In this document: in pieces, positions 40,040-53,192 of the stretch
How the letters are laid out: each line of letters begins with the position of its first letter
Position numbering within the stretch: position 1 is the stretch's first letter
Assembly (NCBI GenBank): GCA_977030845.1
Contig: OZ365110.1
Location: forward strand, 11,532,001-11,596,000
Direction: 5' to 3'
From: Fimbriosthenelais zetlandica
Lineage: Eukaryota
DNA: 64,000 nt
The notes under the pieces: model-generated
The model's database searches: none
Told to the model about the DNA's origin: nothing
The model's input: only the letters and a program-made list of their open reading frames with translations
Made by a program: the position numbers and the translations under genes

Positions 40040-40520
40040 AACAACATATATGGTAAATGTGGATGAAAAAGACTGAAAGGAGCTGGTAGATGGCAGAAAG
40101 AGAAACAAAAGGATAGTTACAGGACAAGGGAATAAAGAAGAAGAACAAGAACATAGAGGAATGAAGAAAAAGACCAATACGAACAACAATCAATATGTTG
40201 TTGTGGCGGTTGTTGGTGGCGGAAATAAAATGACAAGAAAATAGAAAACAAGACAAGACGAAACTTAATCAGGGCATTGTACAACCATAGGCTCAAGCAT
40301 TGTTGTGTAACGCAGCCATTTGTATGTACAAGGAACAAAAACAAAACATGAAGAACATGAAGAAACAGATAGGGAAGAACAAAAAACCCAAAAGAACAAG
40401 AAAATAAAAGAAGCGAGAAGAAGGGCATTTAAGAACATGAACAGCATGAATAAATAGACAGGGAAGAATAAAACAAATCCTAAAAATAAGAAGCGAGAAG
40501 AAGGACATTTAAGAAGAGGA
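40040..40520. repeat. A/G-rich low-complexity region with internal direct repeats
   Basis: aagaac/aagaaa-rich. aataa(a)agaagcgagaagaagg(g/a)catttaagaa occurs twice (about 40405 and 40485). It produces the F/L/C-rich minus-strand ORFs. Confidence 0.8.
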
Positions 40521-41387
40521 GAGCGGATGTTAATAGAGGATTAGTAGAGTGGTCGGCTATGTTGTTTGACTTTGATCTAGCCTGGCTGTAAATGACTTGT
40601 GCGAGGCCAGCGATTAAACCTCGCCACTTATCTCCTGATGAATGGCTTGATTTACATAGAAGGCGAGACGATCAGAGCCCGAGGGCGAGCAGAGACACAA
40701 CGCCAGATCATAATTAAAACACACCCTCATAATTCATAAAACATCACTTTTTTACGCCAGAAAATGCATTCAATTGACAAGTTATTGTTTCTTATAAGAG
40801 GCCAGCGACCGTTCAGTCCTGGATTTATCTCTAGTGATCAAATGATAAGTTCTCTTAACGTCAGGTCTTCCATTATTAGTTCTTTAAAGTCTTGGGGAAT
40901 TATACCGTGGTAATAAAAGAAGGTTTAAAACATTGGCTCCTCGAAAAACAATCTGATTTATGTCTCATTTTATGGGAAGTTTCCTTCCGCATTAAAAAGC
41001 TGAAAGGGGGACATCACTGTAGCAATGTCCTTGGTTAACATAGAGATGGGCAAGCTATATGTTGTAAAAATCTAAACCTCTAGTCTGTGCTTTAAAATGT
41101 ACTTAACATTTCCTTGGGATGAAACACTTAGATATGTACAGATACCGCTGCTCCATGCCTGTGAATTTGTCCTGGCTTATGTTATATGGGTGTTGAGCTA
41201 GGCTTAAATGGGGACATGACATGCTGGAGCATCGTTTCAACGACTCAATGCTCAATGTGAACCATACATCAAGCAGATAACGAGAAAAAAAATCCAAAGG
41301 TAAAAATTAATTAGATCACAACCACTGCCCAATTCCCTTATAACTCACAGATGAATAGGTCAACTACCTGCAAGAGAAATTACTTAA

Positions 41388-41867
41388 AGCTGCACTATCA
41401 TCGATCTTTTCCATTAATTTTACAGAAAGTCAGTTTTTTTTAGTTTATCTCCGATCCACTACTTATACCAATGGCAGCACCTTACACTAGTAACAGTGTG
41501 ATTAGAACATGGTGAAATTAATTTGGTGGCTTCAGTTCGTCTTGAGGTGTAAGACACCCAACTTATCGCTGGAGACCCGGGTTCGGGACCCACACTCGGT
41601 GATCAAAATCATTTTCCAACTTTGATGGGTTCTAATATTGATGGGTTCTCAGTATTAAAGAGGCTCCATCACCTATAAGTGTCAGAATTGTAGTACAATT
41701 CTGGTTCACTTATCTTGGACAGCAACTTACAGCAAAATTGGATAATGATATCAGAACTTAAATCTGATTTTCACAACTACTGGAAGAACCTGGGTCAAAA
41801 CAGCACAAATCTGGGTCGAACTGACCATGACGTTTAATACACATCACTGATCAGTGACAGTGCCGCT
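41388..41867. mobile_element. Putative Kolobok-like non-autonomous element
   Basis: Left end TTAA|AGCTGCACTATCATCGATC. The reverse complement of the right end is AGCGGCACTGTCACTGATC, followed by (T)TTAA. A tRNA-like B-box fragment lies inside at about 41545-41600. Confidence 0.5.
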
Positions 41868-41954
41868 TTTAAAAGCAAGCCAAAGCTTGGGAGGGAATAG
41901 GGTAATTATATTTTATTCCTCAATTTTAGTAGAGAAAAGACTAATAGGAGTGCA

Positions 41955-42345
41955 GAGTCAGACCCGGACGCTCATAAAGTGAAGGCTCCTGGAAGTTTAC
42001 TTGGTTGGGATGAGAAGGCGGGTTAATCCGAGTTTTTATGATGGGATTGGAGCCATAAAGCCATGCCCGGAGAGATTAACACCTGTTCTCTACCATTAGA
42101 ATCATAACATTCAATCTAGCTGATGCGTGCTTAATGAACTCACCTTTAACACACTCAGACTGCTATAAAGTGCAGGCCCAGTAAGGCAGTCAATGGGGCT
42201 GTAAAGTCAAGACATATCAGGGATGGAAGATTTAGGTGTGCACAGAGGAAGCCCCAGGTCCCTATAGCTTTACAACATTTCTAGGCGGCACTTTACCTTT
42301 ATAATAGCCCTCGCGGGCTTCAATTTATGGCCGCAGCTATAAGGG
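41955..42345. promoter_or_regulatory. Candidate enhancer: cluster of Cdx/Abd-B-class homeodomain motifs
   Basis: CATAAA 41973, TTTATG 42035, CCATAAA 42053, CTATAAA 42163, TTTATA 42298 and TTTATGG 42324, in a GC-elevated tract with no repeat I recognise. Confidence 0.35.
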
Positions 42346-42558
42346 TGGTAAAAATTGTCTAGCTTGAGGTCCTGTTTCAGTAGGATATGAAACTGGTTCG
42401 AGGAAGGACAAAATGAGTGCCAACTTCAATGAAATATTGCTTTTAAAATCCAGTGGCAAGAGGTGAAAGGCGCTGGGTACTTTGCAAAGCCCGCATAATA
42501 TACACAGTCCTAGTGCTAGTTCACATTTGAACAAAAAAGGGCATTAGGCTGACTTTCG

Positions 42559-42622
42559 CAAGTAGGCACCGTCATGATGTAACTGAAAAATCGTTAAAAG
42601 TGACGATAAACAACCATCGAAA
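42559..42622 (+). mobile_element. Core SINE 3' fragment
   Basis: caagtaggcaccgtcatgatgtaactgaaaaatcgttaaaagtgacg matches 39187-39237. Confidence 0.75.
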
Positions 42623-44683
42623 CAAAAATCCGGTTTGGTGAAAAATACACATTTCTGTCTGAAAATTATTGGCTGTACCATGAAGTCAACATTTGAAAAA
42701 TAAAATGTAATGTTGACTATACAACTCTTATTCAGTTTTTTTTTTACCTGAATCGTGATATTTTATATTATTGATATATATCTCATGAATATGTGAATAA
42801 TGAATGTAATAAACTGTATGTAATACAATCTATATTTCAAGGACAATACTTGTCCTTGACTGCAAGAGTGAGTGTCACGGCATAATAATAGACTAGATCT
42901 AAGACAGGCCTTCGCCACAAAACCTCCCAGTGACTCGACACCCAAAATTTCATCTGATAATCATATGTCCATGGACATATCCATTCTTCCCTGATTTAGT
43001 AACATAATTATATTCTCATCCAATCTTTCTCGCATTATAAGGTCGAATGGGTTAACAATCTAGGTTTTCCCTGACCTGTGAGAACCCGATACAGTAAAAG
43101 GCTAACTAACAACTTCGGGATGAGAAAGAATGTTAAGTCTGTATTGGGGACAAACTTGACATACTTTTGATCCTGCCTAATGAGTTCCCAAGCGTTTCTT
43201 CCTCCTAATTCAACCAGAGAAACAAATGATGGTAATTCCCGTCGCCATCTGACATTTAAAGTCAACAATAAGTTGGTTAAAAACATAAAAATGGTGATTA
43301 GTTAGCACGATTTTGATGTTTCAGATTGTTTTCAAAATGATAGCACAGAAATATGGGATCAAATAGAAATTATAATAGGCATTTTCTCTTTCTCATCTCC
43401 CCATTTAATACATATCAGCTGATTTTTACCATCAATATCCTCTGAAAATTGCAGCATCCTTGGCATATATGAATATTATTTCCTTACAAATGACTACTAT
43501 AACCTATTAACTGGCGGCAGCAAAAGCAGCTATCTACTATACCGGGAAAGAGATATTCGCAGATATTGCATTGCGGCGCCAGTTCATGCTGCTGAATATT
43601 CATGGCTTTTCATGATTTTTCAAAATGACAAGAAAGGTCTGCCACGAGTGAAAAGTCAATGCTGGACCAATTTATACATAAACTTCAGTAAGACGTAAAT
43701 AGTGGCACCACTTTTGTGGTTCACATAAATGCCTGGAACAGACTGCGATCACCTCCAGTTACTATAGCGGTTTCCTTGGCCTGCGACTTCAGAAAGAATG
43801 CCAGCAAATCGAGTTGTAATGCAATGCATTTGCTTGATTAAGTCAATGGCGAGAGTCGGTGAGGGTAGGCCTACCCTCAATATCTCACTTTTAACACTTT
43901 TTCAAGAAAACAGTATTGAATAAACCAAACACTCGATGAGATTGCCCACGACGACCCTCGCCATTGGCGAGGTTCCTTGTACAACGGGGGATAGAAAAAG
44001 CAAGACCGCAAAAACGCTCTAATCAGTTCAAGGCATAATGCTGCAAAGTTTCCTGTACAGCACAAATATTTTACCCAAACAAGAATATTAAATACCTAAG
44101 GAAGAATATTTCTATGGAGGTATCAACACTGCAGCAGTATGAACAGTAGAATACTGTGAATATTACTCTATCATGCGCAGAACTGACTCATAGTGATTGC
44201 ACTGAGATCTGTGAGAATTCCTTTTCATTCTAGGTGAATTCTAGGTGAATTATCTGAAATCTATACACAACAAATTGTATAGCCTATAAACGTCCTTGGG
44301 GCCATTTTAAGACAAAACCTCTTTAAGATAAAATTGATAATATATATACTCTGGATTGTCATCAGGCTACCTCCTGGGCATGAAATCAAATTCTCTTTTC
44401 TAGAAAGTGAAATGAATCTTTAAGGTTAGCCCAAACTAGTTATTTTGCTTTACGAACAAGATATGTGTACAGAAACAAGGGTCATTTCTTGGCGTACGTG
44501 GCTTCAACATTTTCCCTACGTATCTTTTACTACTGGAAATACATCAACCAAGTGAGGCTGGAATGGGAAATTCAGGGTACGACCCAGGATTTTCAAATAG
44601 TGGAGGTCCACATCTTACTTAAAAAAAAAACTTTTTCGAATTGTGAAAGGTTTCGTTTAGTGGAAGGGATTGGTGGTGGATGT

Positions 44684-44716
44684 GGGGGGGGGGGGGATGG
44701 TGGGGTGGGGGGGGGG
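44684..44716. repeat. G-run tract, potential G-quadruplex
   Basis: G13, then ATGGT, G4, T, G10. Confidence 0.85.
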
Positions 44717-47700
44717 TCCAGCATGCCGCCATATGATATGATGTCATTGACAAAAATAGATGATAGGAAAACATTCCATTTTGCACAGTTGAATGAAATG
44801 GGAAAATAACTCCTTGTAATATTATTTCTCTCCGTCTCTCTACCTCCCTCGCTTACACTCTCCCTTCTCCTTTCTCTACCTCCATATCTCGCCTCTTTCG
44901 CCATATCTCCTTCCCCCTACCTCTCACTCCCTCCCTTCAAAGGCCCTGTACTTTTTGCAATAGTCTCCTGCCTTCAAATGTGAAGTGTCTACCAGTCTAT
45001 ATAAATGCGGATCTGGAAAAATATAGCTCTAGCTCTGGAACTCTAACAATGAGAGCGAACGAAGTATATAAACCGCAGACACAAGGTGAGAACAATTATT
45101 ATAGAGGACATGTACCTGGAATGAAGCTTTACAGGTAGAGAGATCATTGTTCAGAACAGGCTATATATAGAATCATGATAATACATCTGTCAAGCATCAT
45201 TCATCTACCTTGTCGCCCACCCAACTCTGCCACATTCTATCATTCTTTCACATTTTGATCCATCAAAAAAAAGAAGAAATATGACAAATTAATTGGAATC
45301 AAGTTTTTGCCAGCACAAGTTTTGCACCCGGTTTGCACTTGCTTCATTTGAAGCCATAAATATACCTGCAAATATTTTAAACTAAATAGAGTTTAATCAG
45401 ATTCGGGCCTTTGTTTGGATCAATTACATAAATGTGATGTGCTACGAGCCAGTAAGCTTTGTCCACAAGCTACTTATTTCGCTTTGCATTTTAGCAAGCA
45501 AGTATACAATGTTTTTGCTATTTTTGTATTTTTTATTTTTTGAAATTTTATTAAAAATATAAAATATATTTAAGATTAGGTATGATGCATGCATTTTACT
45601 CTCCCCAGTAGGGTAAGGGGTTGCATTTATCACCATGCTTTTTGATCCCACTGATCAGAAGCCACCGCTTATAAACTTCAAAGTTTCAGGATCGAGTTCC
45701 TCTACTTTGATTCATTTTTATGATTCAGGAATGCCGTGAATGATCCATACCCAGGGGGCATTAAAGAGGCATTCTTACAAGTTTAAATACAAAAATTAAA
45801 CCTACATGGGAAAATGATTATTATGACCATTTAGGTAATCACATAAGGGAAAAGGGAAAAATGAGGACCACAGATTTCTATTGGGAAGTCAAAAAACCAC
45901 TGCACAAAAATCCTACGTTCCTTTGAAGCCTTAGTTCAAGCAGTGAAAACAACTCCCAGGGGGCGCCAGTATAATATCGTAGATGCATCATGCATCAGTG
46001 AACGAAGATTTGGGCATTTCCTTAAACAAGGAACATGGGGAAAATAGAGAATTGCATATATATGAAAGCCTTTATAAAACAGTATATTTCCATGCCCAGG
46101 GTTCCATCACATTCCTGTCACATGCTCGCAAATATTTGTGCCTCGCCATTACTTCCAATGAATAAGCAGGCAAGCCTGGCTGACCTTATTAACGATAAAG
46201 TAAAGGCATTGTCGGCGTATGTCCGATGAGGCCTATAATGAGCATACATGCAAGGCAGGCCCGATGACCTTCTAATGGCATCCGGTCAGAGCAGAGGTCA
46301 CTGCCAAGTGCCACCTGGTGCAAAGGCTTGCGATTGGCAAAGCCGAGCGGGCTGGGGGGAAAGCGGGTACTGGGAGGAGAGGATCGTATAAAGGCACACT
46401 GAAGCATGGATGATCCAGGCTATAATGAGATCTCTATGACGGCAATTAAATGGAGATATTTGTATACATATGAGCAGCTCTTGAATGAGTCACTCGGGCT
46501 GGGAATATACAGATAAAACGTGGATGGATGGGCGCCAGATGGTTCAATGCGGTTAATAACATGACACCGGGTTAAATGTTAATCAACGTGCTCCCTCACC
46601 CCACTGCATGGTGATACTATAGTCACTGGGCAGTGCTTAACGGTCCGACAGGCATTACATGGCCACATCATGATGTGGGGATCATTATGATATTGACATG
46701 TTTGGGTCCTCGGTAGTTAATATGGTCAATGTTTTGTATTTTTTAAACACTGTAAGTGTAACATAAAAGCTAGAAAAAATATAATTCTATGTTATGTAGG
46801 CATTATGTGTATAATTATGTATCGTCGTTTTCAAAGGATTTGCTGCATTGACCCATAATTATACGCAAGATAAGCTAATGTAGAATATATTTATGAAACA
46901 GGCTGTCCACGGTGAAAATTCTGATAAACGTGGAAGTGGAATTTCAGCAGTCTGATCTTGGAGGTAGATTTTCAACATGAACTTTGGAAATATTCCAGAA
47001 AGCAAGTATAGTTTAAGTGGAGTTTGACTGCAATTGGGGCTTGTGTTTTGTAACATTGTAGTTTGCACTGCAATTATTTTAACCCATCATTTACGATCAA
47101 GCATGGCCCTGACACAAGGTGTAATGAAAATCATCTTTTAATTTATTAAATATAACACATCTATTTTGGTGAGCATAAATTATTATGCTCTTTGTTTAGC
47201 GGTCATTCATAACCAACATTTTCCTGGAGAATAGAAATATCACATAATATAATATATAAATATTTTATGGAGGTAGAATGATTTTGCTAGTAGTAGGTCA
47301 CATAATCATCTTTTAGTGTGATAGTCATTGTAAACGAGACTCAACTGGACATAACTATAGTTTCATGCAATACAGAAGCCATAATGCCATACAAATAAAT
47401 AAAATGACAGGATACTTTAATCAAGAAGGAAGTTATCAGCTTAATGTTCTGCTGGCGGCCTGCTGCGGGAGGAGCAGGAAAAGCCTTTAACAGCTCGGGT
47501 GTTACATTGTTAAATTTACAGAAATGAGAAATCACACTTTTTTCATGCAATGTGATTTACCAGGGCCTCCCAGAAATAAAACACCAGTGAAAGGCTATGG
47601 CACCTATTTGCTCGCTCTTAGCATTCCAGCCCAGGAGTTGACGGAATATGTATTAACATAATAAAAAAAAATGTAGCCGTAAAATTGTCACTTGTGTTAC

Positions 47701-49049
47701 ATTTTATGTATATCTGAATACTAATATTTCAATTGGAGCTACTTTCTTTCAACAAATGGTTGAGACCAAAGGAAGTTGTCAAGAATTACTGATTAGAAAT
47801 TGTTGAATGGACCTTTATAGACCAAAGGTTATGCTCAGGCTATTTTTTAGTTCATCTCATAAGGTCGTATAGTGCTGCATGAATAGTCCACTTGCATGGA
47901 CTTGACCGTGAAACTAGTGTTAGTCAGCACCCAAGTTACGTAACAGCACCCAAGCTCTGCGTTCTGCTACCTGTACAAGAGTCCCTTCCAGGACATAGTT
48001 GAATCTATGTGAATTGCGAGTCCCTGTACATGTTTGTGTAATCCAGGAAACTTGTCAGGAGCATTAAGAACAAGTGCTTAGAACATGAGAAAAGAGACGG
48101 TGCTAGATCTCACCTTCCTCCTGGCTCGGTGCTTAGAACATATATATATGGTCTAAGATGTCAGAAACATCGTGAAGGAACACCTGAAAGTGACAGTCAG
48201 AGGTGAGAGAAAGGTAATCAGGAATGAATACAGATCAAGGGCAGAGTTGATTTTGACATGGGATGTTGCAGTTTGTGACGGAATTACAAGGGGAATTGGG
48301 GAAGGGGGAATTGGCTGCAATATAATACAAAGAACTACACATGGGAAGACAAATAAGAAATATGAGTTGCATAACTATCAGGCTATGACTTATCTCCACT
48401 AAGTTTCTGGAGCTGACATTGGGGCCATGACGGGGCTGTTTGTTATACTGCCAAAAACACGCTAAAAAGATTTTCTGCTTCAACCTCAACCCAATACACA
48501 CTCATTTTAATGTAACATTGTTATGCATGTGCTCCCGAGTACACTACGAAACCCATCCACACCTGACAAATAAAAACTCAATCAGAAGCAAGATCAGATT
48601 TTATACAATTTGCCATGGATCTCTCTCATATTTTTCCATTCATCTGTTATTGATTACATTTTATTCCTAAATTACCAGTTCTCAGCATGACAAAGCAGAA
48701 CTCTAGACCTATAACAAAAGTAACAAAGACCAATATGGTACATGTTAGTCATACATCTGAAATGTTATAGTTACATGTATATATATATGCGAAGTTATGA
48801 ACCCTTATTGCTGAGTCATATAAAAGAGGAGATCTCCTAATATTGTCAAACACGATCCATCACAATGGGAGTATGAAATTCATTCTCAGTTTTTCTCATT
48901 TGCTTCTTGTGTTACTCGTAAACATTCATTGGATCCAGGTAAGGATAATCGTGATGAAATGAAGCGAATATAAAAGTTGAGCTTGGAAATCATCCCAAGT
49001 TCTTTGGTTTGGAAGAAAGGAAGGCAATAAAATATTGGGCGGGTTGAAG

Positions 49050-49270
49050 AATCCCAGTTGGCTTGCAGAAGCAAATTATGATCGTCAAAATAATGATGTT
49101 GGCAAGAAGTTAGCAAGCAGAAAATGCGTGCATTACAGAAACTCATCACTCACGAATTTCTGCTCACCAAAATTAGGCCAAATCCTATATTTTGTTGTTG
49201 GCGAAACACATTGTAAAATTAGGCGATTTGGTAATGGCGAATCACAAAATATTATGCAAGGCAAAATATT
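49050..49270. mobile_element. Family D-related internal fragment
   Basis: ttgttggcgaaa...tttggtaatggcgaatcacaaaatattatgcaa resembles 8720-8780. Confidence 0.5.
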
Positions 49271-49408
49271 TCCGCAACCCACGCCATCAACATTTTGAAG
49301 TTATTGCAAAACTAAACAGAAGTCTTGTACATGAAAAATAAACATTGTATCCGTAGTATCATATATGAGGAATGATCTATATGAAGATTTTTTTTAGTTA
49401 GTTCCTAA

Positions 49409-50585
49409 ATCCCGACATCCACTGTACGATCTTTGAGGGCACCGATTTTTGTGATCAGCAAAGATCAAAATAAAATCGTTACGGATCATTTCTCTATTGA
49501 TTACCATTGAAATATTGGCGCCTGATCCCAAGATTTTGGCATCCACCAGCCCGATCATCGGAACGGATCTTTCTTCTGGGTCCCGATTGCCTGTGATCGC
49601 TTAAAGTGTGACTCGTGGCTATTTTAAAATAGCATTTTTTTACTTTTACCAATTCATGTTGAGTAAAGGTATCATAAAATGTTAAGGCAACGTTTAATCA
49701 CTAATTTTTTTATGAGTTATTTGCCCTACAAAGTGTAAAATATGTAGTTCCCACAGAAACCGCCGGATTTAAAAGCGCTGTAGAGCCAGGGGAGTGTGAC
49801 GTCACAAATCTGCATTGCTAGTTGAGAGAAAATGGCTTCTGATGATTCCTACTTTACAAATAGGGCAGTTCCGAGGTAGCCAGTGGTATAGGGTATAGGG
49901 TATATTGTTCCAAACACTTTATAGATGAGATTGTCCTTAACTTTTTTAATCAAGTTAGGACTGATTAACTAAAAACGTCCCCTGTCAAATTGTGTGCATG
50001 ATAGTGGGGAGCAGTGACCAGGAGCTGAAGGGGTGTACCGGGCAGCAGGCGCCGGGAGCACGGCTAGGGCACGCCTAAATGAGGCCTATAATACTAATAG
50101 GCGTTATTAACTTAAGTACTAAAAAATATATTGCCTTCACTTGACCCCCGCCCCCACAAATCAACACTTTGCTGACTTCCCCATCGGCTATAGAGCCGCC
50201 AAGTGTCATGCATGTTCTCTCGCAGTGGAAAGGTGCATGCTCTCTCCCACGTCGGCGCTCGGGTGTTTACAAACACAGATGCCTCAGAGCGAGGCTCAAA
50301 GCGGGCGTTCAGAGATCAGTGTGGGTGGGTGTGCAGATTTGTGACGTCATGCGCTACTGACCATGCCACCTACTGTCTCAACGACCCGTTTTCAGACAGG
50401 TGTCAAAATAGCTCCAAAAACGCAGGATTTATACAAATTTCGAATTACGAAAAAAATATTTGAAACGACTTTTCATTATTTAAACACTATTTGGAACATA
50501 TTTATGCATAGTCATATATAGCCCCACGAGTTACACTTTAAGATCGCAAAATCGGGATGAAAATCGGGCTGGTGGATGTCGGGCT
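49409..50585. mobile_element. Harbinger-like MITE family B copy (inverted relative to 4922-5160), split by an insertion
   Basis: TAA|ATCCCGACATCCAC at the left end and GTGGATGTCGGGCT|TAA at the right end. Segments 49409-49604 and 50538-50585 together rebuild the reverse complement of 4922-5160. Confidence 0.9.
49605..50537. mobile_element. Kolobok-like non-autonomous DNA transposon (933 bp)
   Basis: TTAA duplicated (49601-49604, 50538-50541). Termini AGTGTGACTCGTGG / CCACGAGTTACACT (14-bp TIR, 1 mismatch, AG..CT). An internal inverted pair tgacgtcacaaatctgca / tgcagatttgtgacgtca is present. No transposase ORF. Confidence 0.85.
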
Positions 50586-51344
50586 TAAGTGGACATGAGG
50601 AAATTAAGTGAGAACATAAGATCATGTGGAAACGTTGGGTTAGTAGATTTTATCCTGTATTATATTGGAGCAGCTTGCTTTCTACAGACCAAAGCTCAAG
50701 CTATAGATGATGTTTTGTGTTGGGCTCCTTTGGAAAACTGGGGCTACTGAGGAGGGACTCATTCAGTGCCAAGAGACGCCAAAGTGGCCTGAAAGGATCA
50801 AACACACAAGTATAAATGGACCTTCTAAAAGGCTATGTGCATTATCGTGAATTGACAGTTGATTAGATGACCGGACTATAGTCCCCACTGTAGACCTATA
50901 CTTGTGCTCTGTATACCCAAGGGTTGTTTCAGTGCTAATCCACAAGGGGAATAGTGCCCACCTGGACATGTTTCAAAATAAAGATACATGTATGCTATAA
51001 TCTTGGGTTGATGCATAATATAAGGGACATTACATCTGCTGATTTTGGTCAGATCGAACCATGGATTAGACCTTGAATTGCACCCACCACCAAGCCAGAT
51101 TTTTTTTATTGGTCATGTGGTGATAATAGTCGCGTCGGATATTTTTTTTGGATACAATTTAAAATCAGACCAGAATCTGGAGGTGGACCGATGTTTTTTT
51201 CCTGACCAGTTTGTTATCAGGCCACTCCCAAACTGGACAGATAAAAATCCTGATCAATCCTGTAACGCTGTGAAATATTCTGCAAGCTGCTCACTTGAAA
51301 ATAAAGATTCCCTAGTCCTTGTCGGATTATGCAACAATGGCAAA

Positions 51345-51490
51345 TGGCGAAAATAATTCGGCGATGTTCTTCATCATATTTGACGATTCGCCACCGCCAA
51401 ATCATTCTATTTTCGCGACGTGATTCGCCATTGGGGATTTGGCTTAATTTTGGTGAGAAATTTGCGAGCAATGGGTTTCTGCAACCCGTG
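51345..51490. mobile_element. Family D-related internal fragment, inverted
   Basis: gattcgccaccgccaaatc...gtgattcgcca...ttttggtgagaaatttgcgag is the reverse complement of motifs at 49150-49250. Confidence 0.5.
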
Positions 51491-52269
51491 AGAATATCCA
51501 AAATGAGTGAGTGAGAGTGATGCAGAAGTGTTTAGAACATATTACTGTACCATTTAAAAACAAGTTTGAATTTATCACCAAATGCTTAAATTTCCTACAG
51601 AATTGAAAAAGACATTTCACCCGAGTAGTAATAATAATATTATACCGATTTCACTATTATTCCATCTTGGAAATGTCTGAATAAAATTTATTGCTACAGT
51701 AACAGTATAAACCTCCAATTGTCAAGGTCATAGAATATGATGCATACAAGGGCATCAACATGTCAGAATATTCTAGGGCCTCAGTTATATAAGTTGAGGA
51801 CACAATAAGGATTTTGGAAGGATAAAATAATAAAAACTTGCAGGGCGAAACGCTGGAGATGACACTTATTTAATAGTTGCTTCAAACTTGACTTGGATTT
51901 TAATTCTTGTGAATGTCACGCTGTCATTCACAGCAGACACATTACACATTAAAAGTGAAATATTAGAGGATGACCTACAAAGATACTGGTTTATTTTAAC
52001 ATTTCCAAGTAGCTCGACGTGTTTTTTAAATTACAAATAATGCAGTGTTTCTTTTTCACAAGCATCCCCAGTTGATATGGACATGTGCATTTCAAATCCC
52101 ATGCAAAGTTGCACGTTTGTAGGAGTATTATTATAAAATCATTTAATTTCATATTTCATGCATTATGTAGGCATAATTATGGTATTGTCCCATAGATGAT
52201 CAGTGGGCAGGGCCACGGCTCAGGTAATAGACGTCTAATTCAATTTGGTCCTGGGTGCGATTCCCACAG

Positions 52270-52385
52270 CAAAATCCAAAAGGTGATGCAGGGATTGCAA
52301 TGAGACCTATACCATTAATTTTTATTTGTAATCACCTTTGTCGCTGTAGTGTCACAAGCACTGTCGCAGCAGTGTAGCCCCACCT
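52270..52385. mobile_element. Harbinger-like MITE family A, truncated copy
   Basis: aaaggtgatgcagg...atcacctttgtcgctgtagtgtcacaagcactgtcgcagcagtgtagccccacct|taa; the left TIR is missing. Confidence 0.7.
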
Positions 52386-53107
52386 TAATGGTTGTGATAA
52401 TTATTTCATTTCTCCTCAGGGAGAAATGAAATCAAGTTTTTCACCGCGTTTCTGTACACTATTATTATTATTATTCTTATTATTGTTGTAGTTAGACAAA
52501 TTTTAAATCGGCTTAAAATCGACTTTCTAATAGAGACAGGAATCTGGTCTTTGGCACACAGGTAGAGCATGGTCAGAAGATGTCAAATGTGGCAGGATTG
52601 ACTTTCATGTCATGTCATGTCATGTCATAAAATGACGTCAAACTTGCATAACTGGAAAAATGTATTGGCTGTTTTTTTTCAGAAATATTGCCAACCAAAA
52701 ATCATGTCACTGGTATCAGGTAACATGTACTTGATGCCCTATCATTTGGTACCATCATTTGACCTGTGGCCTAATTACTGTCTGTTAATTAGCTAATTAG
52801 CATGAAATGCAATCACTTAAATGCTATCTACTCCTAGCCTGGTTATTCCAGGTGAATGAAAAGTTGCATTATGGACCCTTTAGAGGCTTCTTGTCATCAT
52901 GATTAGTTTGATTTTTTAATTGACGTCATAATGACGTCATAATTGACGTCTTAATGACGTCATGGCATCTTTGGGTAAAAAATGGAAAAAATGCTTCAAA
53001 CATGTGAGGGATGGTCATATATGTCCAAATATAAAATATTGTGACAATCCATATTTTAATAAGGGTGTTAATTAAAAAAAAAAAAATTGCAATATGGGAA
53101 AAAACAC

Positions 53108-53192
53108 AGCCAGCAGCAGGATTCGAACCCACACTTGCAACCACCATTGGATCACAAGACCAACAGCTTATCCATTGGGCCATGGAGACGGC
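53108..53192 (-). pseudogene. tRNA-Ser-derived unit 1 (anticodon position changed to TGT)
   Basis: TGGCCCAATGGATAAG A box, TTGGT-CTTGTGA-TCCAA arm, long variable region, GGTTCGAATCC B box. The acceptor stem does not pair. Confidence 0.7.

Noticed and set aside
39855-40508. Cluster of 60-133-aa minus-strand ORFs, including the longest in the track
   Set aside because: They arise from the A/G-rich low-complexity tract, whose complement is poor in stop codons. The F/L/S/C-biased peptides have no motifs.
44465-44904. Poly-Gly and poly-Pro ORFs
   Set aside because: Produced by the G-run and adjacent CT-rich tract. No splice or homology support.
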